A stretch of DNA of 64,000 nucleotides from the IMG/VR virus record IMGVR_UViG_3300018891_000001, positions 151,871 through 215,870 of that record; one strand, 5' to 3'. Within the stretch, counting starts at the first letter, position 1. Each line of letters starts with the position of its first letter. Below the pieces are notes generated by a model. That model worked only from the letters and a program-made list of their open reading frames with translations. It ran no database searches and was not told the DNA's origin. Position numbers and translations under genes: made by a program. Positions 1 to 9,132 of this stretch are shown here, one piece after another.

Positions 1-2
1 TT

Positions 3-410
3 TTCTCTAAAGGAAATCATGATGAATCTATGGGGTGGGCCTTTGTTCAGTTATTAAAAGAACGATACCCACAAGTAAGTGTAGACGATAGCTTTATAGA
101 GCGAAAAGCCCATGTATTTGGAAAAGTGTTTATTGGAATCACTCACGGAGATAAAGCACGAAAAAACTTGCATAATTTGTTTCCTGTTGAGTTTCCGGAC
201 TTATGGAGTCAAGCTAAAACACGAGAGATTCATACCGGACACATCCATAAAGAAGATGGCCAAGATATATTCGGCATGATGGTTCGCACTTTATCTACTC
301 GAAATAAAACGGATAAATGGCACAAAGATAACGGATTTGTCGGTGCTCATAAACGGTTTATGTTATTTGAATACAATGAGGAAGAATTAAAAAGCATTCA
401 CTACGTCTAA
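3..410 (+). CDS. Calcineurin-like metallophosphoesterase, 5'-truncated by the window edge
   Basis: Frame is open upstream of ATG 30 and reads FSKGNHDES (GNHD motif), then ITHGD and HTGHIH. Confidence 0.75.
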   Translation, partial: FSKGNHDESMGWAFVQLLKERYPQVSVDDSFIERKAHVFGKVFIGITHGDKARKNLHNLFPVEFPDLWSQAKTREIHTGHIHKEDGQDIFGMMVRTLSTRNKTDKWHKDNGFVGAHKRFMLFEYNEEELKSIHYV

Positions 411-422
411 GGAGGAAGCTAT

Positions 423-542
423 ATGCAATGCCCTGACTGCTATGAATACTTTACTAAATGTCCATGCTGTGATACGTGGTTTTGTCCAAAATGTGAAATG
501 ACAGAAGAAGAATTAGAAGAGAGGGAATTAGATGAAATTTGA
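423..542 (+). CDS. 39-aa Cys-rich microprotein (MQCPDCYEYFTKCPCCDTWFCPKCEM...)
   Basis: AGGAGG SD upstream; three CxxC pairs; fills the gap between neighbouring genes; below ORF-track cutoff. Confidence 0.65.
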   Translation: MQCPDCYEYFTKCPCCDTWFCPKCEMTEEELEERELDEI

Positions 543-765
543 AATCAACATAGGTTGGTCATGGGTTCTTCACAAGGTTCGCCTGGCTTTCCTTGTGGGC
601 ATCTTTTATATCCTCTATGTCTATGTCGCACCGGTATGGGCGTTTATGTGGATTGCTTACTTTATTCTCAATGACTTATGGGAAATTGTACTAGACCTTG
701 AAACATTAAGAGAGGAGAAAACACAAATATGGAAAAATATCTCGCACAGACGCAAGGACTTTTAG
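532..765 (+). CDS. Small membrane protein
   Basis: Hydrophobic segments; overlaps both neighbours in operon fashion. Confidence 0.55.
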   Translation: MKFEINIGWSWVLHKVRLAFLVGIFYILYVYVAPVWAFMWIAYFILNDLWEIVLDLETLREEKTQIWKNISHRRKDF

Positions 766-968
766 GACTCTTTGAAGCAACCATGAGTGAAAGCGAACAT
801 AAACGAGCCAAAGAAGTAGCTGAAGAAATTTGGGATGCAATGCGCCCAGTTATTGAGAAGCATAAATTAAACTTGCATGAAACCATGACAGCTGTCCTTA
901 CTTGTCATTTAGCCATCATGCAAATAGCGTGGGAACAAATCAATGAATACAAAAAGGAGATGGAATAA
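729..968 (+). CDS. Hypothetical protein
   Basis: GAGGAG SD; operon context. Confidence 0.6.
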   Translation: MEKYLAQTQGLLGLFEATMSESEHKRAKEVAEEIWDAMRPVIEKHKLNLHETMTAVLTCHLAIMQIAWEQINEYKKEME

Positions 969-973
969 TCAAA

Positions 974-1564
974 ATGACATCAACTTTACTAACCCATTTG
1001 AATAAAATCTTTTGTTTAATGGGACCATCTGGAGCCGGAAAAGATACTATTGTTCACAGTCTTCCTCTTCCAAGAGTCATCTCTTACCGCACTCGCCCCA
1101 TTCGAAAAGGCGAAATCGATGGTGTGCATGGACATTTTATTGATCGTGAAACATTCTTATCCATGGATGAACAACATTTATGGATTGCAAAAACAAAGTA
1201 TGCCGATCATTTTTATGGCATTACTCAAGGGGAATTATTAGAGCTAGAAGAAAAGCCAATGATGTATGTCGTTGATTGGGAAGGGGTTGTAACCCTAAAA
1301 GAATCCTTTTCCAAAATGGAAGGATATGATCCTTCTCAAATTGTAAGCATCTTTATTCATACTCCAAGAGAAGAATTAGAGGCTCGCATGTATAAACAAG
1401 GAAGAGGCAAGCAAGAGATTCGTGCCCGACTAGATCGAGCAGATCGAGATTATGCTGTCAGCAAAAAATGTGATTATGTGGTAGAAAATCTGAATGGAGA
1501 ACTACATAAAACCCTATATGAAATTATGAAAATCATTTTAAAAGAAAGCTTTAAAACCACATAA
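974..1564 (+). CDS. gmk: Guanylate kinase-like nucleotide kinase
   Basis: P-loop GPSGAGKDT; SYRTRPIRKGEIDG..HF GMK signature. Confidence 0.8.
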   Translation: MTSTLLTHLNKIFCLMGPSGAGKDTIVHSLPLPRVISYRTRPIRKGEIDGVHGHFIDRETFLSMDEQHLWIAKTKYADHFYGITQGELLELEEKPMMYVVDWEGVVTLKESFSKMEGYDPSQIVSIFIHTPREELEARMYKQGRGKQEIRARLDRADRDYAVSKKCDYVVENLNGELHKTLYEIMKIILKESFKTT

Positions 1565-1577
1565 AGAGGAGTTTCTG

Positions 1578-1787
1578 ATGAAAATAATGAAGCATTTTAA
1601 ACAGCATCGTAAACATTACCTTATAATGGAATTGACCTTTTTTCTCTTCATGATTATTCTAGAGTGGTATCGGCAACAAGAGTACACACTGGTCGCATGG
1701 ATATGTAGCGTCATTGGAATATTATGCTTACTGGATTTGGCCTTACTATATTGGTTATATCCTTGCAAAGAAAATAAGGATAATTAA
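1578..1787 (+). CDS. Small two-TM membrane protein
   Basis: GAGGAG SD; two hydrophobic helices. Confidence 0.6.
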   Translation: MKIMKHFKQHRKHYLIMELTFFLFMIILEWYRQQEYTLVAWICSVIGILCLLDLALLYWLYPCKENKDN

Positions 1788-1824
1788 GAAACCCCCCACC
1801 TTAATTGGTAGGGGGTTTCTTTTT
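1786..1824. terminator. Intrinsic terminator between convergent genes
   Basis: AAGAAACCCCC...GGGGGTTTCTTTTT inverted repeat. Confidence 0.7.
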
Positions 1825-1847
1825 TAGTTTTAGGGTTGTCATTACTG

Positions 1848-2006
1848 TCACAATATATTATATTTATCTAATTTTTCCAATATGTCAATAACATCTTCTT
1901 TTTTTATCCCTATTTCTTCTAATTCTTCAAATAAAAGTGGGTCACAAGTCTCCAGTTTTTGTTTCCACTCAGGTTCTGGCGTAAACAGCCATGATGAGAA
2001 ACCCAT
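1848..2006 (-). CDS. Small hypothetical protein (MGFSSWLF...)
   Basis: GGAGGTG SD before the internal ATG. Confidence 0.5.
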   Translation of the reverse strand: MGFSSWLFTPEPEWKQKLETCDPLLFEELEEIGIKKEDVIDILEKLDKYNIL

Positions 2007-2107
2007 AAAAGTTTCACCTCCATTGTCATAAGACGGGCTACACCTCTCTATATATATAATACACAACTGTAATGCATTTCATACGACAAAAACGGAGGAA
2101 TACAAAA

Positions 2108-2257
2108 ATGGAAGGCATCGTTCTCTTGGTAGGTCAGATTGGTGTTGTTTTAGCTGGTTTTATAGGCACAGCTTCCGCCATCAGCTGGTATCACAACGTA
2201 GGAGGGAAGAAAAATGACAGATCTAGTAGTCCGTTGTCAAGCAAGAACGTACGATAA
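2108..2257 (+). CDS. Small membrane protein, first gene of FtsK module
   Basis: GGAGG SD before MEGIVLL; one TM helix. Confidence 0.55.
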   Translation: MEGIVLLVGQIGVVLAGFIGTASAISWYHNVGGKKNDRSSSPLSSKNVR

Positions 2258-2765
2258 TCGACTGATTCAAGTTGTTGTATCAGAATCAAAGAAATCTGCA
2301 ACCATCGATAAGGATGATTATTATACACCTTTTATTCAAGCAGCGGCAAAGGAGGTGAAACAGTACCCCCTCATTACGCAAAGAAAAATATTTCAACTAT
2401 TGACAGCCGCACAAATCGGACTCAGTTCTCTCGTTGTTACCACCGAAGCCCACGCCGAGGAGAGAATCCAATTTCCGATTCTCGAGAAGGCATACGAATT
2501 AGATATTCTTCCAAGCGAGATTGTGAATCTTCTTATTCAGATGATTATCGGGTGCGGGATTCTCGCAGTCGCTTTCGCCATGCTATGCTTCATGATCGCA
2601 GGAACGTATGCCATGATCGGACAAGTGGACAAAGCACGAACATGGTCTGTCAACATCATCAAAGGACTCGGGCAAGTATTAGTGGGTCCAGCCATTATTC
2701 TACTGTTAACAACTTTAGCCGGACTCATATTCCGCAATGTTCCCGGCTTAGACATCTTCTTTTAA
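2214..2765 (+). CDS. Membrane protein with VirB2/TrbC pilin-like C-terminal two-TM domain
   Basis: AHA signal-like site, two TM helices, KARTWSVNIIKGL pilin-like pattern. Confidence 0.5.
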   Translation: MTDLVVRCQARTYDNRLIQVVVSESKKSATIDKDDYYTPFIQAAAKEVKQYPLITQRKIFQLLTAAQIGLSSLVVTTEAHAEERIQFPILEKAYELDILPSEIVNLLIQMIIGCGILAVAFAMLCFMIAGTYAMIGQVDKARTWSVNIIKGLGQVLVGPAIILLLTTLAGLIFRNVPGLDIFF

Positions 2766-2767
2766 GA

Positions 2768-3802
2768 GTGGGAGTACCGTTTTCTGTCTTATCTCTAAAT
2801 GCCGTTCCACAAACTGCATCGGCACATACATGGTTCAATCCTATTCATTTTATTCCGGGAGCTGAAGAAACACTAAACAAATGGGACATCATCGCCAACC
2901 ATGTTGTGAATGTCATTGAATGGTTCAAACATTTCCGTGAAAATATCTTACAAGTTTCAGTGGATTTCATGACATGGAGTTTTGAAGCAATTACAAACGT
3001 GGTCTTGTTTACACCTGTTATCTTTTTTAAATCAGAGTGGTTTTCCAATAACATTCTTATGTTTACTGGACTGTCAGTGGCAATGTCATCTGTTCTTACC
3101 ATGTTTGAGGGCATAAAACGAATCCTAAACAAAAATCACACCAAAATGGATCGCATCTCATGGCGATTTCCACTTGTAATTTTAGGAGCCGGACTTGCAC
3201 CTTTAGGATTTCAAACCATCTTTTCGATCTTAAATGAATTGACAGAAATGATTATCAGCATCACCAGAGCCCAAATGAATGAGGGTTTAAAATCAATGGA
3301 ATTTAGTGAAGCTGCCTTTTATGAGTTTCTTGCTTTTATTGGTTTTGATATTGCTTTAATTGGTATGATGATTCCTATTTTTCTGCAAAACTTTCGACGG
3401 TGGTTTGATATTTTAGCATTAGGGGCTATAACTCCAATTGCACTATCTTGTTGGATGTTTAAATCTTATGAGCATTATTTTCGCATATGGTGGGAGCATT
3501 TAAAAAAATGTTCACTTGTTCAATTAGTGTATGCGGTTTTTCTTTTACTTATTGGAGGGTTAATGTTTGGAGCTAAGCCGCCCGATGATGAAGGAGAACT
3601 TTTGATTAAAATGGGAATTGTCATAGGAGGATTATGGCGCATGAGCCAACCACCTGCCATTTTACGCCGCTACTTGGATACAGGAACGGACATTAAAGGA
3701 ATGTGGAAAGGAGCTGGAGATGCTATCACACCACATCCACTTCTACGAAAAGGATTCCAATTATTTAAAAAATCATCTACTTCAAGAGGAGGCACAAAAT
3801 AG
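2768..3802 (+). CDS. Polytopic VirB6/TrbL-like membrane protein (start uncertain)
   Basis: Many TM segments; R.F.I..L...TPIAL..W......F..WW pattern; GTG just after the upstream stop chosen as start. Confidence 0.55.
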   Translation: MGVPFSVLSLNAVPQTASAHTWFNPIHFIPGAEETLNKWDIIANHVVNVIEWFKHFRENILQVSVDFMTWSFEAITNVVLFTPVIFFKSEWFSNNILMFTGLSVAMSSVLTMFEGIKRILNKNHTKMDRISWRFPLVILGAGLAPLGFQTIFSILNELTEMIISITRAQMNEGLKSMEFSEAAFYEFLAFIGFDIALIGMMIPIFLQNFRRWFDILALGAITPIALSCWMFKSYEHYFRIWWEHLKKCSLVQLVYAVFLLLIGGLMFGAKPPDDEGELLIKMGIVIGGLWRMSQPPAILRRYLDTGTDIKGMWKGAGDAITPHPLLRKGFQLFKKSSTSRGGTK

Positions 3803-3803
3803 A

Positions 3804-3920
3804 ATGGAAGTATTATTAGTGGCTGGAACCATTATGATTATGACCAACACTATGGTGCTGTTAATGTTAGCACCTACTATTTTAAAAGAGGTGAAGCATG
3901 GTGCCACTCGGAAATTTTAA
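3804..3920 (+). CDS. Small hydrophobic peptide
   Basis: GGAGG SD, MEVLLVAG...; coupled to the FtsK start. Confidence 0.45.
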   Translation: MEVLLVAGTIMIMTNTMVLLMLAPTILKEVKHGATRKF

Positions 3921-6204
3921 ACGACTCTTTCAACCTAGTTTAATTCAAAACGAAAAAGACGTATCTTATCATTTGCCTTCTTTATCACGAGCAGAAGCAA
4001 AAGCCCTTCTCTCCGCTCCCTTAGCGGGGGGAGGGGTCTTTGGCCTAGAAGCCCACCAAACAAAAGACCATGAAAGTCTTATTTTTTTTGCTCCGCCTTA
4101 CTATAAAGTGGAATGGAACCTCGCAGACCGAGACGCTGTTTTTGAAAATCTTGAAACCTATAAAAAACAAATCACCATCATGCAACTATATACGAGTAAA
4201 TCCTCATTGTTTCCTCTCTCCATTGAATATACTCAGTCTTTTTGGGAACAGGTTCGGCAATTTGCAGCTGATGATATCGGAATTATTTATCAAATTGTAC
4301 TTGCATACCGACAAGACCGATGGAAAGAACGAATCAAGGAGCAATATCAACTGTATCTAAGTGGAATCCAATCTCCCGCTGATCAAAAATGGGTACGCAG
4401 TATTCAAAATCGAATTAATCACTCCTTAGATCATCTCTTGCAATGGGAGTTCAAATATGCCCCTATTCCTGAAGTGGAACAGAAACTAAAAGAAAATGGA
4501 TTTCGATATAGTATTCGGCTCATTCTTTATGGCGGTAATCGAGCGAGGCGAAGAAAACTAATACATGAAATACAACAAATTTTACGAACCATGGAGTATA
4601 TCAATGAATGGAAAGTGAATACCTTTTTTGCGTTTGACGATATTATTCAGAATATCCAAAAACGCAAGCTCGATAATGTAGGAAAGCAACAAGTCTTATG
4701 TGTATCCGAATTGCTGCCATTTCTGATGTCCGAACATGTAGTGTACATTGAAAAACCGGCCATAAAAAAGGTAACAAAAACAAAGGTAAAAAATCCATTC
4801 GATCTCCTGCCGATAGGCAAGAAAATTCAACAAGTCGATGGGAGTCAAATAGCTCAAAAATTTGTTTACGCTCTCCAAGAGTTAAAGGTAATTAAAGAAG
4901 AAATTGTTGCTAAACGAGTTCAATGTGGGCCAATCATGATGAAAATCACCTTTGATTTACCGAAGGGGATGCGTCTTTCGGATATAACAAAGAAAAATAT
5001 GATTGAGGATATTCAGACTCATATGGGAGTCAAACATCTACAGATCTTACAAGGGGAGGATACGGGAGAATTCGATATTATGTTGCCACAAGAAAAAAGG
5101 CAAAAAATCTTTTTACGAGATTATGTGGATACCTCTGAATTTATGGAGTTTGCCGGACAACATCCACTTCCATTCTTTGTAGGGGTGGACGAAATAGGAC
5201 GCTCCATTTTTCGTTGTCTAAGTGAAATTCGTCATATTCTTGTAGCAGGAACAACCGGATCCGGCAAAAGCGTGTGGATGAATCAACTTATTCTTACCTT
5301 GTTATTAATTCGCAAACCCGATGAACTTCAATTTTATATGATTGATCTAAAACAAGTGGAACTCACCTGCTTTCAAGATTTCCCTCATGTGCGAGAAGTC
5401 ATCACAGATGCGAACAAAGCTATTCACCTACTTAGGAAAATCCAAAAAGAGATGGACAGACGTTATCAATTATTTAGTGAAACAGGAGTAAAAAACATTG
5501 CCTTGTATAATAGAAAACATCCTCATCAAAAGCTCCCTTATATTGTGTGCATTATTGATGAATATGCGGAATTAGCATTACGAACGGATAGTATACATGA
5601 ACTCGTTCAAAGTATGGCACAACTCGCAAGGGCTGCTGGCATCCACTTGATTATTGCAACCCAAGATCCACGAGTTGAAGTAATCCCAGGAATTATTAAG
5701 TCCAACATGCCGGGGAAAATCGGTTTCCGTTGCTCTAATGGAAACAGTTATCTAACATTTTTAAATACGAAACCACCTTTTAACCTATTAGGAAACGGGG
5801 ATGGGGTCATGAGCTTTGAGGGGCAAATAGAGGAGCATATTCGCTTTCAGGGATGTCTGATTATCGATGATCCCAAAAACGAAGGGCTTGAAAGTCAGTT
5901 GATTGCACAAATCGCAAGTCATATGGACGACTATGAAGGAGTAGATTTACCAGAATTAGAGGAAACAGAAGAAGTGCATATAGAAGAAACAGAGACAGAA
6001 ATAGACCGACTTAAACGCATTATTGCTCAAACAGGGGAAACAAGGGTATCACAACTAAGGGAAATGATGAAAATTAACATCAATCGATTGAATGATTTGA
6101 TGAGGGAACTCGCAGAAGAAGGGTGGCTGCAAAAGCCAGAATCCAAACAGCAAGGATACCAATTAATTGCACCAGAAGAGGAATTGGAAAAGTGGAGACA
6201 ATAA
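3898..6204 (+). CDS. FtsK/SpoIIIE-family DNA translocase
   Basis: HILVAGTTGSGKS, MIDLKQVEL, IIDEYAEL, ARAAGIHLIIATQ, LLGNGDG; C-terminal gamma-like winged helix. Confidence 0.92.
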   Translation: MVPLGNFKRLFQPSLIQNEKDVSYHLPSLSRAEAKALLSAPLAGGGVFGLEAHQTKDHESLIFFAPPYYKVEWNLADRDAVFENLETYKKQITIMQLYTSKSSLFPLSIEYTQSFWEQVRQFAADDIGIIYQIVLAYRQDRWKERIKEQYQLYLSGIQSPADQKWVRSIQNRINHSLDHLLQWEFKYAPIPEVEQKLKENGFRYSIRLILYGGNRARRRKLIHEIQQILRTMEYINEWKVNTFFAFDDIIQNIQKRKLDNVGKQQVLCVSELLPFLMSEHVVYIEKPAIKKVTKTKVKNPFDLLPIGKKIQQVDGSQIAQKFVYALQELKVIKEEIVAKRVQCGPIMMKITFDLPKGMRLSDITKKNMIEDIQTHMGVKHLQILQGEDTGEFDIMLPQEKRQKIFLRDYVDTSEFMEFAGQHPLPFFVGVDEIGRSIFRCLSEIRHILVAGTTGSGKSVWMNQLILTLLLIRKPDELQFYMIDLKQVELTCFQDFPHVREVITDANKAIHLLRKIQKEMDRRYQLFSETGVKNIALYNRKHPHQKLPYIVCIIDEYAELALRTDSIHELVQSMAQLARAAGIHLIIATQDPRVEVIPGIIKSNMPGKIGFRCSNGNSYLTFLNTKPPFNLLGNGDGVMSFEGQIEEHIRFQGCLIIDDPKNEGLESQLIAQIASHMDDYEGVDLPELEETEEVHIEETETEIDRLKRIIAQTGETRVSQLREMMKININRLNDLMRELAEEGWLQKPESKQQGYQLIAPEEELEKWRQ

Positions 6205-6224
6205 TCTCCACTTTTTTGTGGTAT

Positions 6225-6253
6225 TTTACAGAATAGCAAAACTATGATACTAT
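6225..6253 (+). promoter_or_regulatory. sigma-A promoter of rep
   Basis: TTTACA-N17-TACTAT with TG extension. Confidence 0.6.
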
Positions 6254-6295
6254 GAAAAGAGAGAGAAAAAACAAAATTCTACAAAAATAGACAGG

Positions 6296-6360
6296 AAAAA
6301 ACCCTTTACTTAGGGGGTAAAGGGTTCGAAAGGTAATATGCGCATATACAATATTCAACT
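6296..6360 (-). ncRNA. Predicted ~65-nt countertranscript (copy-control antisense RNA)
   Basis: Perfect - strand promoter at 6367-6395; ends in hairpin AACCCTTTAC/GTAAAGGGTT plus U tract; antisense to the rep leader. Confidence 0.7.
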
Positions 6361-6366
6361 ATCTTT

Positions 6367-6395
6367 ATTATAATGCGTATTCCTTTCCCTGTCAA
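6367..6395 (-). promoter_or_regulatory. Consensus sigma-A promoter driving the antisense RNA
   Basis: TTGACA-GGGAAAGGAATACGCAT(17)-TATAAT. Confidence 0.85.
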
Positions 6396-6415
6396 AAAGG
6401 AAAGGAGATTTTTTT
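6380..6415 (+). terminator. Conditional attenuator hairpin containing the rep SD
   Basis: TTCCTTTCC/GGAAAGGAG stem followed by T7, immediately before the rep ATG. Confidence 0.65.
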
Positions 6416-6418
6416 CGA

Positions 6419-6970
6419 ATGGAACACGAAAAACTGAATATCTTTGATCCGAATGTCATTTACTACGTGCAACTGCCAACAGGAAAGACTCGGAGATTGA
6501 GTGAAGAAGAACTAGAAAAAATAACACTCAATTCCCCCAACAACATTCCTGAGTTAAACGGTAAAAAGACATGGATCAGTAACTACGTTGCTACGTTCTG
6601 GATGCCGTTTATGAAGCCAGGGCCATTTGCGGTTTACGTTCAATTGCAGAAAATGGCATATGGGGATAAAGATCATGCATTTCCATCTGTTCCGTATTTA
6701 GCCATGATTCTGGGTATTAGTGAACGAACTGTACAAAATTACATTGATCATTTGGTGGATCTGGGATTCGTAATTGTATTAGAACGGTTTGAAGCACAAA
6801 GCAACCGGCAGCTAAGTAATTTATATTTGCTATCAACAACGACTCCGTTTCTTCCTAGGGAGAAGTATGAGAAGTTGCCGAAGAAGTTACAAAGAGAACA
6901 TGACCGATTTATGGATTACATAAAGTTTAAAAAGATTTTACACGAAGAACGAATTCCTGACTATGAGTGA
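6419..6970 (+). CDS. HTH replication initiator (HTH_36-like Rep)
   Basis: AFPSVPYLAMILGISERTVQNYIDHLVDLGFV...SNLYLL; adjacent iterons. Confidence 0.75.
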   Translation: MEHEKLNIFDPNVIYYVQLPTGKTRRLSEEELEKITLNSPNNIPELNGKKTWISNYVATFWMPFMKPGPFAVYVQLQKMAYGDKDHAFPSVPYLAMILGISERTVQNYIDHLVDLGFVIVLERFEAQSNRQLSNLYLLSTTTPFLPREKYEKLPKKLQREHDRFMDYIKFKKILHEERIPDYE

Positions 6971-6971
6971 T

Positions 6972-6998
6972 TAGCCCGCATTAGCGGGCTATTTTTTT
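6972..6998 (+). terminator. rep terminator
   Basis: TAGCCCGC-ATTA-GCGGGCTA-T7. Confidence 0.85.
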
Positions 6999-7008
6999 AT
7001 GCTATTTT

Positions 7009-7252
7009 CTATCCACAAAAATCTGTGGATATGTGTATAAAAGGGGATGAAAATTTTACAGGGGGGAAACCGGGTGAAAAAATTGCAGGGGGATATCTAG
7101 GGGGTGAAAATTTTACAGGGGGATATTTAGGGGGTGAAAAATTTGCAGGGGGATTTATACACAAGAGGGGAGGGTGAAAATTTTACGGGGGTGTAATTTT
7201 TTCAGGGAAAGGATGAAAAATCTGCGGGGAACGACTGAAAAATCTGCATCCG
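7009..7252. repeat. Replication origin: ~8 iterons and 4 DnaA boxes
   Basis: GG(G/A)TGAAAAWTTTRCAGGGG-like repeats, three at 30-bp period; DnaA boxes at 7009-17, 7024-32, 7032-40, 7155-63. Confidence 0.8.
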
Positions 7253-7457
7253 AATAAATACTAAGAAGAAGAAAGTCAATTTGAAGAAGTTTTTTAATGA
7301 ATATCCCTTGTCTACCTTTTCTCTGATAAAAGACATTGCAGTTAGAACTATGTTCTAAATGCACAGTCGAAATGAGAGTGCAAGGGAAATTCATAAGAAG
7401 AAGAAATGGAGACAAAAAAAGCAAATGCGACAATGCATCTGCTTCGTGATTGGATAC

Positions 7458-7682
7458 TTATTTTTTTAACATGAATCGTGGAATGGCATAGAAAAGAGCT
7501 GAAAGGGCTAAACCGACCAAAAAACTACCTAATGTAGCATTCGGATCAAAAAATGAACCAATGGCTGAGCACAAAAACATAGTGCCCAGAATATTTGGAA
7601 TCAAACCTTTCCACCCATGCATCATATGTAACTTCCAAAAAGCTATGACTAAGATAAAGAATAAAATTGTGCTGAGACTCAT
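7458..7682 (-). CDS. Small three-TM membrane protein
   Basis: GGAGG SD; hydrophobic. Confidence 0.6.
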   Translation of the reverse strand: MSLSTILFFILVIAFWKLHMMHGWKGLIPNILGTMFLCSAIGSFFDPNATLGSFLVGLALSALFYAIPRFMLKK

Positions 7683-7839
7683 CTTATTCCTCCTACTAAA
7701 TCAAGTAAAAAGAAGACCTATGCCTTAAAAGCAAAGGTCTCAAAGTTTGGTGAATACAAAGTTATAAAATAACTAGGTTGGAAGATAATAAAAGAGACAG
7801 CATCATTATATCCAATCCTAAGCGATTCGTCTAGAAAAA

Positions 7840-9132
7840 TTAGAACAGCGAAAATTCCATTTGCCCTTCAATTACTTTACGACTTTTGAATTCTGCCATT
7901 TTGAGTTCCACCTCATACACTGCTGTTTCGCATACATGATGAGACGAAATACGATAAGAGGCTAATCGCTGCTGTCGTTCTTCTAAAAATTTTTGATTGC
8001 TTTCTACAAGCTGACGAATGATTTCAGCTTCAGAGCGACTTAATTTCGCATTAAACGGTGGATTGGTTGTAATACATTCAAACTTGATCTCTCTAGCATG
8101 GGCTTTTATAATTTGAATTTTTCGATCATCCGAAAGAGAATTCCACGGTTGATGCAAATCCTCCTCATATTGAAAAATCTCACGTTTTCGCAAATCTACT
8201 GGATGAACAAAAATATCTATTTGTTTACTTTCTTCTTCGAAAATCCGGATAGGTGCTCGGTATTCTCCCAATAGTGAATTTCCCCAATAAATACGAGTAT
8301 CCGTATTAAACTCAAAATATCGGTGAATGGTTTTTGTTTCTGGGTTAATATGCAATCCCATAATCGGTTTTGGCACATATAAAAGAGAAGGCAAAAATAA
8401 AAAGGCTTGAATACAAGCCACTTTTACCATCGTTAAACTTAAATCAGCACCTACTAAATTTAAGCAATTGGATGGCAGCACCATAGCAGCACCACCAATA
8501 CAAGGTTCAAACTGACTATCCGTAGGAGAAGAATTTAGCATCATATTGATAGCTTCTGTTACTTGAATAGGAGTTGGAAAATAATCCAAATGTCCCTTTT
8601 GGCCATGTTCAGCCACAAAAGTAGACAATACATCCGTGGGCTCTAAAAATAATAAATCCAAACTGAATTCCCGATACAACTCTTCCCAAAGAGAATCTGG
8701 AATCGAAGGACGTTTGCAATAGCTAATGCCTAATGCATAACCAATCCATTCAATAAAATCCGTAATCCGATATCCCCGATGATATACTCGATCCATGCAT
8801 TTGGTTAACATTTTATAAGCAGGAGTATTCATGATGGGCGAAGACCGAACCGGATTTTTCGGCATATCTCCATCTTGGTAAGATCCTTTGGCCAAGATAG
8901 AAAGCCACGCATACCAACGACCATACAGCATGGTTTCAATCATCAAGCCCATTCCACGCATCCAGCCAAACCGGTACGAATCTTTCACATCTTGGGGTGG
9001 TTCTGTCCAAAGAGGAGAGTATTGAAGTTCTAATAATTTTCGTTGAATCTCCAGCCATTGTTCTGGGGAAAGGGAAGCACAGAACTCTTGGCCACGACGT
9101 TCCGATTCCAATCGACCATATGATTTTTTCAT
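7840..9132 (-). CDS. N6-adenine DNA methyltransferase (HsdM-like, orphan)
   Basis: YFPTP, FEPCIGG (motif I), GADL, GNSL, TNPPF (motif IV). Confidence 0.75.
   Translation of the reverse strand: MKKSYGRLESERRGQEFCASLSPEQWLEIQRKLLELQYSPLWTEPPQDVKDSYRFGWMRGMGLMIETMLYGRWYAWLSILAKGSYQDGDMPKNPVRSSPIMNTPAYKMLTKCMDRVYHRGYRITDFIEWIGYALGISYCKRPSIPDSLWEELYREFSLDLLFLEPTDVLSTFVAEHGQKGHLDYFPTPIQVTEAINMMLNSSPTDSQFEPCIGGAAMVLPSNCLNLVGADLSLTMVKVACIQAFLFLPSLLYVPKPIMGLHINPETKTIHRYFEFNTDTRIYWGNSLLGEYRAPIRIFEEESKQIDIFVHPVDLRKREIFQYEEDLHQPWNSLSDDRKIQIIKAHAREIKFECITTNPPFNAKLSRSEAEIIRQLVESNQKFLEERQQRLASYRISSHHVCETAVYEVELKMAEFKSRKVIEGQMEFSLF

Noticed and set aside
2552-2767. Long N-terminus of the VirB6-like ORF, or a frameshift fusion with the pilin gene
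   Set aside because: Reads as shadow sequence of the pilin gene; no convincing SD or slippery site; true start unresolved
7040-7252. CRISPR array
   Set aside because: Repeats are degenerate with 8-20 nt gaps, sit beside rep and DnaA boxes, and no cas genes are present; iterons fit better
7345-7355. LexA box GAACTATGTTC (also near 56622)
   Set aside because: Spacer is 3 nt, not the required 4
7155-7433. 92-aa ORF on the - strand
   Set aside because: Overlaps iterons, has no SD and a biased composition
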